Shown here: one piece after another, positions 1 to 23,759 of the stretch
How the letters are laid out: each line of letters begins with the position of its first letter
How positions within the stretch are numbered: position 1 is the stretch's first letter
From: the human T2T-CHM13v2.0 reference genome, Homo sapiens
Direction: 5' to 3' (one strand)
DNA length: 64,000 bases
NCBI RefSeq assembly: GCF_009914755.1
Contig: NC_060941.1
The notes under the pieces: generated by a model
The model's input: the letters and a program-made list of their open reading frames with translations, nothing else
What the model was told of the DNA's origin: nothing
Databases searched by the model: none
Position numbers and translations under genes: made by a program

Positions 1-14
1 GGAGAGATATAAAG
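1..14 (+). CDS. ADAM11: ADAM11 coding exon, 3' end only (truncated by window edge)
   Basis: GAG AGA TAT AAA G|gtgagg = ERYK(G) followed by a consensus donor; phase matches the next exon. Confidence 0.9.
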
Positions 15-99
15 GTGAGGCTGGAGCTGGCCGAGGGGGGTCTGTCTGTCCCGCTCTCTATGCCTGTCCTTGCCAGCTAAGCCCTGCCATCCTCCCCAG

Positions 100-190
100 G
101 TCCCAGCGGCACCAACATCATCATTGGCTCCATCGCTGGGGCTGTCCTGGTTGCAGCCATCGTCCTGGGCGGCACGGGCTGGGGATTTAA
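100..190 (+). CDS. ADAM11: ADAM11 transmembrane-domain exon
   Basis: cctccccag| acceptor and |gtaaga donor; encodes (G)PSGTNIIIGSIAGAVLVAAIVLGGTGWGF(K), the TM segment typical of ADAM11/22/23. Confidence 0.96.
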
Positions 191-357
191 GTAAGAGACA
201 CACACACCCTGTGCCCCCTGGCATCCTTGAGGGGGGATCAGAATCCCTACTGGTGGAGCTGAGGGGGCCCTCCCTGAAAGCCCAACTGAACCAGAGCTCA
301 CACGTCATAGGTCCAAGTAGCCTGCAGGGCTTAACATTTAGAAACTAGGAGATTTTA

Positions 358-698
<341 letters not shown>

Positions 699-904
699 TC
701 AGGAGATTTTACACTAGCAATTCGGATTTCCAGCTCTGGAAACATGAAAAGGTTGAGCCCCAGCGTGCCTCTAAGCATCCCCAAATAGCCACAGAGTGGA
801 GCTGGGCAGGGGCCACCCAAGCCAGGCATGTGTCCTCCAGTCTCCAGTCCCCACCCAGCCTATAATGCTTTGTGCGTGTCTAAGTTTGGGGTCCTTGTGC
901 TGGT

Positions 905-990
905 CTAACCCCCTTAATGTGCAGAGGAGGAACCCACGGCCCAAGGTCACATGATTGAGTTAGTAGCAGAGTCAGAGCTGGAACCGGGAC
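905..990 (+). mobile_element. MIR fragment
   Basis: gcccaaggtcacatga...tagtagcagagtcagagctggaacc resembles the MIR core. Confidence 0.55.
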
Positions 991-1169
991 GCATTTTTGT
1001 GGGTGCCCTGGGTAATTCTCCCTGGCCCTTACATTAGTGTCCAGGCCCCGGGGACCCCGGCCCCGCTCTGGGGCAAGGGGTCGCATGGCAGCCAAAGGCC
1101 CCTCCCTGAGAGAAGCAAAAGGTCAGATGTCTCCTTTTCCTCTCCCCTTCCACCATCCTCCCCCTGCAG

Positions 1170-1187
1170 AAACATTCGCCGAGGAAG
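1170..1187 (+). CDS. ADAM11: ADAM11 18-nt microexon, (K)NIRRG(R)
   Basis: Long pyrimidine tract plus ctgcag| acceptor; A AAC ATT CGC CGA GGA AG|gtacga weak donor; phase consistent with flanking exons. Confidence 0.9.
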
Positions 1188-1686
1188 GTACGACCCGACC
1201 CAGCAGGGGGCAGTGTGATGCCGGCCACGTCATCCCTCCCGCTGTCCTTGTCTCCTCCATCTCATTCGTCACCCCGCGTTCTGTTGATGGGGAGCGGGGG
1301 CTGATTCCCCCACCCCTGCTGCCAGGCTGTCCCGGCAGGGGTGGGAGAGCCTCGCTCAGGGAAGAAGGTCCCAGCTGCCCTCGCCCTCGCCCGCTCAGGC
1401 CACGTCCTTCTCGACTGCCCTGCTGCGGCCAGGCCCTCCCCTGCCACCAGGTGGAACTGGAGCTGCGCCCCTGGCAGTCCCCATCCCCGGGAGGGCCCTC
1501 CCTGTGCGTCCCATCTGTTTTGTCTTCCATATCACCACTGTCTGACCTCCCGCAGATCCCTTCCCTGGCCAGCCTGTGACTTGCCGCCTGCCTCCAGGGC
1601 CCAGCACTGAGCTCCGGGGCCCTGCTGGGGGGCTCTCCCCGTGGCCCCTGCTCACGTCCTCCCCTGATGCCCCCTCTCCGTTCCAG

Positions 1687-1702
1687 GTCCGGAGGGGCCT
1701 AA
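1687..1702 (+). CDS. ADAM11: ADAM11 last coding exon, (R)SGGA-stop
   Basis: ctctccgttccag|G TCC GGA GGG GCC TAA; spliced C-terminus ...GWGFKNIRRGRSGGA* matches the ADAM11 end as I recall it. Confidence 0.9.
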
Positions 1703-3785
1703 GTGCCACCCTCCTCCCTCCAAGCCTGGCACCCACCGTCTCGGCCCTGAACCACGAGGCTGCCCCCATCCAGCCACGGAGGGAGGCACCATGCAAATGT
1801 CTTCCAGGTCCAAACCCTTCAACTCCTGGCTCCGCAGGGGTTTGGGTGGGGGCTGTGGCCCTGCCCTTGGCACCACCAGGGTGGACCAGGCCTGGAGGGC
1901 ACTTCCTCCACAGTCCCCCACCCACCTCCTGCGGCTCAGCCTTGCACACCCACTGCCCCGTGTGAATGTAGCTTCCACCTCATGGATTGCCACAGCTCAA
2001 CTCGGGGGCACCTGGAGGGATGCCCCCAGGCAGCCACCAGTGGACCTAGCCTGGATGGCCCCTCCTTGCAACCAGGCAGCTGAGACCAGGGTCTTATCTC
2101 TCTGGGACCTAGGGGGACGGGGCTGACATCTACATTTTTTAAAACTGAATCTTAATCGATGAATGTAAACTCGGGGGTGCTGGGGCCAGGGCAGATGTGG
2201 GGATGTTTTGACATTTACAGGAGGGCCCGGAGAAACTGAGGTATGGCCATGCCCTAGACCCTCCCCAAGGATGACCACACCCGAAGTCCTGTCACTGAGC
2301 ACAGTCAGGGGCTGGGCATCCCAGCTTGCCCCCGCTTAGCCCCGCTGAGCTTGGAGGAAGTATGAGTGCTGATTCAAACCAAAGCTGCCTGTGCCATGCC
2401 CAAGGCCTAGGTTATGGGTACGGCAACCACATGTCCCAGATCGTCTCCAATTCGAAAACAACCGTCCTGCTGTCCCTGTCAGGACACATGGATTTTGGCA
2501 GGGCGGGGGGGGGTTCTAGAAAATATAGTTCCTATAATAAAATGGCACCTTCCCCCTTTCAAGAAGGGTGATTCTGGGGCCGACTCAGGGTTTAGGTGCC
2601 CCCTGGTGTGGCCTAGATGTCCCCACCTGGGCCATCTTTCTGGGGAGGACTCTCCCAGGTAGGGAAGGCCAGAGGTGGCCCAGTGCCTGGAGGGTTAGGG
2701 TCTCTGCCTGGGATATGCAAGAGGAAGTAGGAAAGGGAGGTCTCATGGATGATCCTAGGCTGCTAGAAGTCCTTAAGGCCCCATCTAGTCCATTCCACTC
2801 CCTACCCCCATTCCAGAGCCGAGTAGTAAGTTTACAGATGTTTCCCCCATTACGTACCCCCACCCATCCCTGCTGCAGCGAGCCTGAGAGCCAGGCAGAG
2901 CCAGGCACAGCTCCTCAGTCTTCTCACACAGTCCTGCCGGTGGCCTTCCCTCATGACCCTTGCTTGGGAGGGTGGAGCACTGGCTCCTTGACCCTAAAAG
3001 GTAGCTGGCAGGGGCAAGATGGGGGCCAGCTACCTAATGGATGAAAGCCACAAGTGAATACAGTTCTTGTCACCAGGGTTGCCCTGCCCTCACTCGGCAG
3101 GGAGTTCTGACACCCCAGGGCCCGTGAGCTACCTGCTTGAGCCCCTGTTTCTGGGGCACCTTCGAGGAGGCGTTGTGGAGGGCATCGCCCCCTGTTTATT
3201 CACAACACCCTCAGGGGCAAACAGGCCTGGGACCCGCTGACACCATTTTGGGTAGCTGGATGCACCCGACAGCAGTGGGGTCCACACACTGAGCTCCAGC
3301 TGGCACTGCCCACTCAAGGGCTGAGTGGAGGGGCCCCTCCGGCCAGCTCTGCTCCACCAGCCCTGCAAGCTGATGCAGGGCGGGGGAAGGGCTGGGTGTT
3401 GCACTATTGCTGCGCTGCCTTAAGGCATCTGTCCTCTGGTGGTGCACCCGTGCACACAGGTACAGTGCATCTGGGCACAGCTTTTGGATCCACACCTCTG
3501 CACAAGTGTGAATACCTCTGCACATATGGGCGTATCTGTGTGTGCTCGTGTATATGGGGTGGGGAACATGAGACTTCCTGTGACCAGTCCACCCTGGCTC
3601 CCAGCTGTCTGTATCCTCCTGCCCCGCCCTGGCGAGTGCCTACCCTGGCAGAACCCAGGGAGGAGTGGAGGCTGCCTCTGCCTGGGCCTCCACACAGCAT
3701 CCTGTACATACGCCACCTGGGCTGGGGGTGGGGAGGCAGGGCCAGGAGCATCGATTAAAGATCACATCCTGGGGCTTCCAGGGAG
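1703..3785 (+). other. ADAM11: ADAM11 3' UTR with tandem polyA signals (AATAAA 2536-2541, ATTAAA 3754-3759)
   Basis: Alu-free sequence after the stop; two hexamers, the distal one followed by U/GU-rich sequence; the end coordinate is estimated. Confidence 0.7.
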
Positions 3786-5031
3786 CTCACACCAACCTTG
3801 CGTTTCTCTCCTGTCTGTGAATGGCCATGCTGTGACTTGTCCCCTCTGGCTCAGGAGGGAGCATGATAACTGGGGTGCTGGAGGCGGGAAGGGAGCGCCC
3901 AGGACCAGCTCCATTCATGGTGAGGAAACAGGGTGGAGGCCTGGCCCTCCCGCTTCCGCTTCCTCGCTTCCTCGGCTCTTCCAACAAAGACAGTTGTGCC
4001 CCTCCTCTGGCTCCAGCAAAGCAGGAGGCCAGGCGAGTAGGAAAGCATTTTCCCAAAAGTCTGGAGACCCAACTTCCCTTTTATGGCTGAAGCCAAAGAA
4101 GCCTCTCCTCACCTCCCAAAAGATTCCAGAACGCTGGACAAAACCATTAGCCTGTCTGGTCCCAGGGCACCGTGTTCCTGGGCTCTTTTCCCACCCCTGT
4201 GCTCTCTGGCCGAGCCTGGGGCAGGAGGGGACTGAGCAAGGCTAGTGCTGGGAGTCCCTCCCCTGGCTGGGGCTGCGTCTGAGCCAGGAGCCTGTAATGA
4301 TTATTCCTGTCTTCCCCTGCAGAGTGCTTGGGCCTGGAGGTATTCGCAGACTTGGGGGGCCGGGAGGAAGAACTGGGGGAGGATCCATCGGGCTCTGGAA
4401 GTCCCGCTTGTTAAGGGAAAAGATAAAAGAAGCAGTTGGGGGCAGGGAAACAAATGAAAGGCTAGAAAAAGATGGAGAAAGAAATAGCAGCACCAAGCAG
4501 GGGCCTGGGAAGAATTGGCAGCTAGAAGCTTTGGGATCATAGCCCCCCATTCCTGAACAGGTAGGGTTCCCAAGGCCACCTCGGATCACATGCCGAAAGA
4601 GTAGGACCCAGGGCCACGTTCAGCTTAGATTCCTACTCTGGCATCTGGTCGCCGCAGGACACTGGGTAACATCTAACTCCAGTCTCTCCTGCAGCAGAAG
4701 GTCAGCTTCTTCCTATTCAGAGTGCAGGGGGAAAAAAGCAAGAATCATTCTCAAACCGATCAGTCACAAACTGAAGTCTAGCTGTGCCCTTGTCTTCCTT
4801 GCTCTAGGCTGAATAACATTATTTTTAACTTTCTTTTTGCTTCTGCCTCTCAACTCCTCCATGCCCATGCTTAACCCTTTCTCAGTTCCCAGTTCCCAGT
4901 CTATCCAGGTCTGATGTGTGGTTCAGCTGACCCTCCAGATAGGGAAAGGGTGGCTTCTGGCAGATGAATGGCAGGAAGGCAGAGAGGGCACAGGTGAGGC
5001 TCAGCCTTTGTGACTCTCAAAGGTCAGTGTA

Positions 5032-8539
<3,508 letters not shown>

Positions 8540-9974
8540 CTATTCACGTGGCCCATCTGACTACAGGAGGAGACCAAGCCTGGGCCACCACTGGGTGCAG
8601 GGGCTAGGACAGTTATCACTTACACTGGCTCCATGTGGCCCCAGGGGCAGCCCAGCCTGAGGTCTCCACTCGCTACACTCAGTCCTCCAGGCCTGGCTAC
8701 CTCCTTAGGCCACGCTGGTGTTGGACCCCGAAGGGTTAATTGCTGCTGCCCTCACCCCCACAGACCCCTCTGTTCAGCCCTGGCCCTCCGCCACCTGAAC
8801 CCCTGCCCGCTTGGCAGCCTCAGGCTTCCTGACAAGTGTCTGACCGGCTGCCAATCTCCACTCTCCCCAAGAGCCGTCTGCTTCTCTCTGGCAGCCGCGG
8901 TGCCCACTTGGGTTTAAAAATAAACTCGCTATCTGCCTTTCCTCCAGCAGAATCCCAGGCACTTCTTCCATGTGGAGCTGGATCCCAGCCGCCCCCGAAA
9001 GCACCATGTCGCCGTCATCTCAGCGGCCCCTGCGAGGAACACGTTCTACGACTCCATTGTAGGGACTTTGCTGCAGAAAACTCCATTTTATTGTGGGGCA
9101 CCTGTCACTTCTCCCATCATTTCTGGGTGGAGGATATAAGTGCAGGAGTGGGGTAGAGGCGTAGGGCTGCTCTAAGGGGTATGGGGGTTCCAGGATGGCT
9201 CAGACAGGTGTCTCTGCAAAACCAGCATCTCCAGCCTCAGTGGGGCACTGTGTGGCCTTCACACCCACAGTGCCCGGGGTTCCCTCCCCTCTTCCTGCCA
9301 TTTAATTTCTCCTCCTCTGCTCTCTTCAGAACTCACCCTGTCCCACCCCTTTTCTCCCTGATGGCCTCTTCCCTCATGCTCCTAGGAGAAAGGCCAGCTC
9401 CCAAGCTCCCAGCTTGCTTCTTCCCAGCACCTTCAGGCTCTTCCCCAAGGGCTAATCCCTCCCACTTTGCTTCGAGCCCCTGCCCCTCGTACCACTTCAG
9501 GCCATGGTTCTGCCATTTACCAATCCTCTCCCCCATGTTTCCTGCTCCTTCCCATAACCCAGCCCTTTTCACCCTTAAACACAAACCACCACCCCAACCA
9601 CCCCCAGCCCCAGCGCCTCCGCAGCCCCCCTGCACCCTGGCACTGCCGCTCCCACTGCCGCCGCTCCCACTGCCACAGTTCCCACTGCTGTCCGGTCCTT
9701 GGGGCAAACAATGCGGGCTGCCAACTCCAAACCGGCCTCCTGCTCATGCCACCACCTGCTCCAGTCTTACAGGCTGAGCACCACAGACCCTCCTCCCAGC
9801 GTGGCTGTGGCCAGAGCTCTGGCTCACCTGCCCCTTCCCTGCTCGCCTCTCCAGCCCGTTTCAGCCCATCTTCCCCGCTAGGCTCCTGCCTTGGGAATTT
9901 CTTTCTGTTCCTGTTCCTTGAAAGCTGTCACCCTTGGACCTTCCCCCGCATTTATGATTTCCTCCCATTTCATT

Positions 9975-15863
<5,889 letters not shown>

Positions 15864-15884
15864 TTTTTAAAAAAATCTTTTATA

Positions 15885-16124
15885 CTGTATATATTTTATC
15901 TTTCACTGTACCTTTTGTTTAGATATGTCTAGATATATAAATACCATTGTGTTGCCATTGTCTACAGCATTCAGTATAGACACACACTGGATGTGTTTGT
16001 AGCCTAGGAGCAATAGGCTATAGAGCCTGCGTGTGTAGTAGGCTACGCTGTATGGGTTAGTGTGAGTTCTTTCTATATTTGTACAATGACAGAATCACCT
16101 GATGTTAAGTGTTGCATGACTGTA
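15885..16124 (+). mobile_element. Tigger3/Golem (TcMar) DNA transposon 3' fragment
   Basis: tttgtagcctaggagcaataggcta...gtgtgtagtaggcta...gcatgactg followed by TA, as in the Tigger3 end. Confidence 0.75.
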
Positions 16125-17160
16125 ACAGTTCCCACCCTGTACCATGTCTCTTCTAGGCCAAAGCCCCCTCCCCAGAGCAGACCCCTAGCACTCCACAGCA
16201 GGATCACAAGCTGGTCTCTGGTCCCAGACCCTGCGGATCCTTGTCGACGCTTCCAGTCTCGATCACTTCCCGATGGTTTGAATGTGAAGTCAACAATCCA
16301 CGGAACAATTTGCACTTACTGTTTCTAGGGCTTTTGCAGTTAAAAGTGTCTTCAGTTTCCCCGATCTTCCTGCAGATGCCCCTGCAGTCAGAAGCTGAGT
16401 CTGTCCCTTCTCCCAGCAGCAGCTGGGTACAGGATCTAACATCAGTCTCTGCCTGCTGGGCAGAAGCCACAGCTGCAACGTGCTTTCAGAAAAATGGGCC
16501 AGGCCAAAGGAGCTCCCCGTCAGTGCTTTTCAGTGTTCCCAGCACAAAGATAAAATTACACTTCCATAGGAGTACACAAACTAAAAATAAAATTTAAAGA
16601 AAGCGATCTAGTTCTGTATCATTTTCCCCATGGTCGGGTCCCATTCGGGTCACTGGACATGCACTGAAATCGCTTATGAACAGCTGCTTGGTTCTGCCTC
16701 GCCTGGAGTTTACGGCTGTCAGCATCCCCAGCCCTCTGTGATGGCCCCAGGAGAGCCAGGCAGACAAAGATACTTGTGGCGGTTTGGCTGAGGGCAAAGA
16801 CAAAGTCGGCAGTTCTTTCCTCCAGGCATGAGCAGGGGGCTTCCTTAGGTTTTTCTTTCAGAAGCCCCTATCTAGCTTAGAGTAGGCATAGCACGTCAAG
16901 GGCAGGGCAAGGAAATGCTGTGCCGTTTCCTTAGGATCCAGGGGGCGGGAGAAAAAGTCAATTGACAAAGAATGCTTGTCACCATGTCATGTCAGCAGCT
17001 CTTTTTCTGGTGCTTCCCAATCCTGAGTCACTTCCTGTTTCTAAGTTCCTCCAAGATGTCATTAACTGTAGGAAGGAGAAATATCTAAGTAATGACACCA
17101 ACTCTTGCTTACATACAAGGTGAGATGATTCTTTTCACATGGGCCTAGTCATAGTCATGA

Positions 17161-17487
<327 letters not shown>

Positions 17488-17506
17488 TAAATCCATTATT
17501 TCATGA

Positions 17507-18252
17507 TGAAACAGGAAAAGTTCCCTTGTCCCCTTGCAGGGTGTGCAATGGGAGAGTGGCTCACTTCTTCAGTGCCCTGCTGCTCAAACCTCAAACTTCT
17601 AGGTGAGCATACAGATGGGCAGGCTGTGGGGCTCTGACCCCAAGACAGTGTCCAGGGGTGAATGTTTACAGCTGAAGCCCCAGTGGGCGTATGTTACAGT
17701 GTGTGCTTTTAGTTTTGCTCTTTTAGTTTAGCCGTCTATAGGCGGCTTGTGTTAGTTCAATTAGACCTCTGCCTCATTGCAAGGACAGAGGGCTTTCTGT
17801 ATCCCGAGGTTCTTGCCTTAATGTACTGGAAGAATCGGATCGCACGTGGGCTTGGAGAATGAGTGCAAGGTTTTATTGAGTGGAAGTAGCTCTCAGCAGA
17901 TGGGGGAGCCAGAAGGGAGATGCTTTTCCCCTGGAGTCCGGCCGCTTGGCGGCCCGGGCTCTCCTCTGACTGCCCAGGCCAAACTCCATGTCATTCTGCT
18001 TCTGCAGGTCGGTGGCCTGCCAGCGCACCGGTGCCTGTCAGTGTTCCTCCGGACATCCAGCCACCTGCATCTGCCTACTAGGGTCTAGGGAATGGGGGCG
18101 AAGCATTTGGGCAGGAAATGCCAGTCCTCACCTAGGTCCGTGGGGGTGGAGCCCTAGCCAGGAACCATGCCATCCTCTATGCAGCACTTCCCTTCCCCCC
18201 TTCCATATCATTTAAAGGGACCACCTCTTCCCTTCCCAGCACTCCCATATCA
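17507..18252 (-). mobile_element. ERV1-class solo LTR (LTR27/LTR28/LTR1 group)
   Basis: TG...CA termini; 4-bp TSD ATGA at 17503-17506 and 18253-18256; AATAAA on - strand at 17872-17877; subfamily assigned from memory. Confidence 0.85.
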
Positions 18253-18757
18253 ATGATATTTTGAAACATGCTTAACATCTAGTCAAGGATGGCACACTCT
18301 TCCATCAACCCTGCCCCAACCTCAAAATCACTGATAGATTATTTGGCTGAACCCAGAGGAGTCCCTGGATCCTCTACGTAGGTCTCCCCTCCAGGGAGCC
18401 AGCAGTCATTCTGAGCTGACTGATGAGATGAAACTCATGTGCTATGCCAGGTCTAAACCTTCTTGAACAGAGGAGGTAATTCAAAACAATTCTCTTTCCC
18501 CTTTTATTTTGGCTACTTCAAACAATTTTTTAAAAATGAGTGGTTTTCAAACTATAATGTACATAAGAATCACCAGGTAATTTGGGGGTAATGCAACTAT
18601 TATGCATCTTTCTAGTGTGGTTACTTAACTGTATGCATTTCTAACTATGCAACAGTTTTACTCCATGTAAATTATATCTTAATAAAAGATTTAAAAAAAT
18701 GAATCCCCCAGAGAACTTGTTAGTTCTGATTATGTAGGTCTGCAATGGATCTAAAAT

Positions 18758-18802
18758 ACACACACACACACACATACACACACACACACGTATATATATA
18801 TA
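18758..18802. repeat. (CA)n(TA)n microsatellite at an Alu tail
   Basis: Directly visible. Confidence 0.9.
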
Positions 18803-18960
18803 GAGACAGACAGACAGGGTCTCGCTCTTGCTCTGTCATCCAGGGTGGCGTGCAGTGGCGCAACCACGGCTCACTGTAGCCTCCACCTTGGCGGTCAACC
18901 GATCTTCCTGCCTCAGCCTCCCAAGGAGCTCGGACTACAGGTGAGTACTACCATGCCTAG

Positions 18961-19293
<333 letters not shown>

Positions 19294-21001
19294 TGATCCG
19301 CCCGCCTTGGCCTAGGAATCTGTATGTTAATAGCATTCCTGTTACTTCTAACAAGTAGTCCAATGGTCCAATGGTTACATTTTGAAAAAGTATTATAATA
19401 GACAGATGCAAGGTCCACCCAGCAAAGATGCCCCTAAACCCTTGTGAGCACCTGCTAACAGCTGCTTCTGGACCCTCCTCTTGCAAGAACAAAGGATACT
19501 GGATTGTACAGACCTGGATTCTGTTCCCAAATTTGCCTCTGCTTCCATATTCTTCATGCCGTTGTGCAACCTGCTTCCAATGGGAGATATCTAAAGGAAA
19601 CAAACCCTAAAAGTATCATATAAGCCCTTAAAACCTTAAAAACAGTTTTCAAACTCTGTGTAGCAAAGAAAACAGATTTGATGCCACAGGTATTAGTCTC
19701 CGTTCTGATGGCAAATCTGCCAAAGAATCTACTTTCAAAACTAACAGATCCAGAGTGATTTAACTGCTCCAATAGCGTTCAAATAGCTCACAAATTCATT
19801 ACCAAATATGGTTGGCTGACCAGTTTACAATCTGTGCTGCTGAGGGTGAGCTGTTCGTGACCTACCAGTCGGCTATCCCGTGTCTGAGGGAACAAGAGGG
19901 CATTGCTGCTCCCTTCTCAGGAGGTGGATTAGGCTTTTCAACGACACTGCTGACTCTGCTGCCGCAAAGGGTCCCTTGCAGAAGGCACTCCAGGAAAGGC
20001 CTCCAGAACCGAGGGAAGTCAAGGGTGCATTCCCAGCTTTTGAGCTTAGACCCCAGCCTCCCCCGCCAGGCTACCTATATTCCCCAGATTGCGACGCCAC
20101 GAATATGCTGACCTATTTAGCCACAGTAGTCCCAGAAGAGCTTCAAATCAGCTATGAAAAAAGGCATCTTTTAAGCCCAAACCTTTAGTTGGAAATTTCT
20201 CTGCTCAAGTATTCCCACCAAGATCAACTTACAGGTGAAATGTATGAGGAAGAGATTTTCGTATTAGCTTTTCTGTGTATATCACTAAGCTCTTGGGTAT
20301 TATCTTATATAAATAGGGTAAAATCCTCAATATGACATTACCTGGCAGCTGATTTTCAGTTGGTTTCGAATTCTGAGAAAGGAAACACAAACCACAAATG
20401 AATCTTCAAAACTGTATTTGGAATTGACAAAATCTTCCTAGAGACAAGGCCCTGAGCACACAGAGTCCGTCTCCACCATGAAAATATTACATAAGCTGTA
20501 CAGAACAAAATTAGCAATGAGTGATCTTTGGCACTAGAACAGGTGATTCCTTAGCTGTTCATGCAATATCCAAACTGCACACCACATGACATTAGATTGC
20601 TGGTTAACCATTTAATTTTACATTTAAATTATCTTAAAAGGCTGGAAGTCCTAGCTAAGTTTTCAATATCAATATGCTACCCATGTCATAACACTTAGTG
20701 CCTGAGGTAGAGATTTCTGTAAGAGATTTTTTTAAAACACAATTGAGAGTATAATACAGAAAAACATTTAAATCTTGGAAGCATATAGCCTGGTTCAACA
20801 AGCCAACTCTGAAATGCAGAACTAGTACCTTTTTTATTTGAGTCTCACTCCATCACCCAAGCTGGAGTGCAGTGGTGCAATCTCAGCTCACTGCAACCTC
20901 CGCCTCCTGGGTTCAAGAGATTCTCATCTCATGCCTCAGCCTCCCAAGTAGCTGTAAGTACAGGCACGTGCCACCATACCTAATTTTTATATTTTTAGTA
21001 G

Positions 21002-21481
<480 letters not shown>

Positions 21482-22395
21482 TGATTTTAGAATACCATGG
21501 TTTCTTTTAAAAAAAAAAAAAAGTACGATTATTAACACTGATTAATAACACATGAACCAAACCCACTTAATATCATTATTAAAAACAGGCTGGGCACAGT
21601 GGCTTATGCCTGTAATCCCAGCACCTTCGGAGGCTGTGATGGGAGGATTGCTTGGGCCCAGGAGTTTGAGACCAGTCTAGGCAACATAGTGAGAGCTCTG
21701 TCTCTACAAAAAATACAAAAATTAGCCAGGTGTGGTGGTGAGCACTTGCAGACCAGCTACTTGGGAGGCTGAAGTGGGAGGACTGCTTGAGCCAAGGAGG
21801 TCCAGGCTGTAGTGAGTTGAGATTGTGCCATTGCACTCTAGCCTGGGCTCAAAACAAACCCCAAAAAACAAAACCAAACATCAATAGAACTACATAGGGA
21901 CAACAGCAAATACAAATCTTTAAACACTTCATGATGTGGCCGGAATGAGTACAAGTATGCAATTCAATGATTCCAACATTTGATGGTGACTGTGAATTAT
22001 TACATATTTATTACACATAAATGAGTTTAAATTTTATTTCCAAACTGCATGCAGGGACTTTATTATTACTATGAATTTTTTTTTGAGAGTTTCACTCGTT
22101 GCCCAGGCTGAAGTGCAATGGCGCAATCTCGGCTCACTGCAACCTCTACCTCCTGGGATCAAGTGATTCTCATCTCAGCCTCCTGAGTAGCTGGGATTAC
22201 AGGTACCCACCACCACGCCCGGCTAATTTTTGGTATTTTTAGTAGAGACGGGGTTTCACCATGTTGGCCAGGCTGGTCTCAAACTCCTGACCTTGTGATT
22301 CGCCCACCTTGGCCTCCCAAAGTGCTGGGATTACAGGCGTGAGCCACCATGCCTGGCCAAAACCTTTGATTTTTAAAAAGGCGTTTCTTGAAGTA

Positions 22396-22436
22396 CCTTA
22401 TTAAACATTTGATTTGAAGGAAACTGTGCATGTCTA
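22396..22436 (+). repeat. 41-bp exact dispersed direct repeat, copy 1
   Basis: ccttattaaacatttgatttgaaggaaactgtgcatgtcta, identical to 24441-24481. Confidence 0.95.
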
Positions 22437-23066
22437 ACATACTTGCCTTTTACAGAAAGCTGGCTAGCCAAAAATGTATCATCAACTATCGATTTTATTT
22501 TCAGAAGTGGACTGTCTCTTAAATGAGACAGCATAAAGTATGGACTTGTAGAAGCTGAACGAGTAAATCATGAGTGTAACTGATAACATGTAAGTCCATT
22601 CTTCGTATAAACTGCTAGAGAGTGTTTCAGACCATCACTGATGTCTGTGATAAAGAGCACCAAAGCATCACAGTCCAACTTTTTTTTTAAGCGCCAAGTT
22701 CAAACAAGTGACCAATAATAATGGTTGGTCCTTGAAGGTCTTTTACCAGAGGCCTTTTCTAATCACTTCGTAACACTTCTGAGATGTACATGGCTCCTGA
22801 AACTTGAAAACAAAGCCACAAAATGAACATTAACATTTCTTTAGGGGAAAATGCTATCTAATTTTCCCCTCGTTTGAATTAACCAAAAAAAAAAAAAAAG
22901 CCTATTTCTTTTACAAATCTTCTGAATAACGGGTTTTAAGAGCAGGCCAGGCGCGGTGGCTCACGCCTGTAATCACAGCACTTTGGGAAGCTGAGGTGGG
23001 CGGATCACGAGGTGAGGAGTTCGAGACCAGCCTGCCAGCCTGGCCAACATGATGAAGCCCTGTCTA

Positions 23067-23285
<219 letters not shown>

Positions 23286-23530
23286 TTAAGGAACATAATC
23301 ATGTTGATTGTATCCTGATTCTAGCAGGTGAAGGACTAAGCACTCAACTTGTATTTGGAGGAGAAGCAAGTGTCATGATGGAGCATGTCTTATATGGCAA
23401 TTCAAAACAGTATGATTCTGATGCGAGTGAGAACTAAATGTTGGACAGGCTTTTTATACAAATCCCACCTGCATGATCCAGAACAATATTCTTACAGATT
23501 CAATGCAGACTCCACCAATGGGTTAGCTAG

Positions 23531-23759
<229 letters not shown>

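Noticed and set aside
3440-3555. Possible long stem-loop or pre-miRNA in the ADAM11 3' UTR (gcacacaggtac / gtatctgtgtgt)
   Set aside because: Alternating purine-pyrimidine sequence pairs easily by chance, and the interior pairs poorly
1037-4589. GC-rich ORFs up to 268 aa in the ADAM11 last intron, 3' UTR and flank
   Set aside because: Overlap on both strands, mostly non-ATG starts, no recognisable domain
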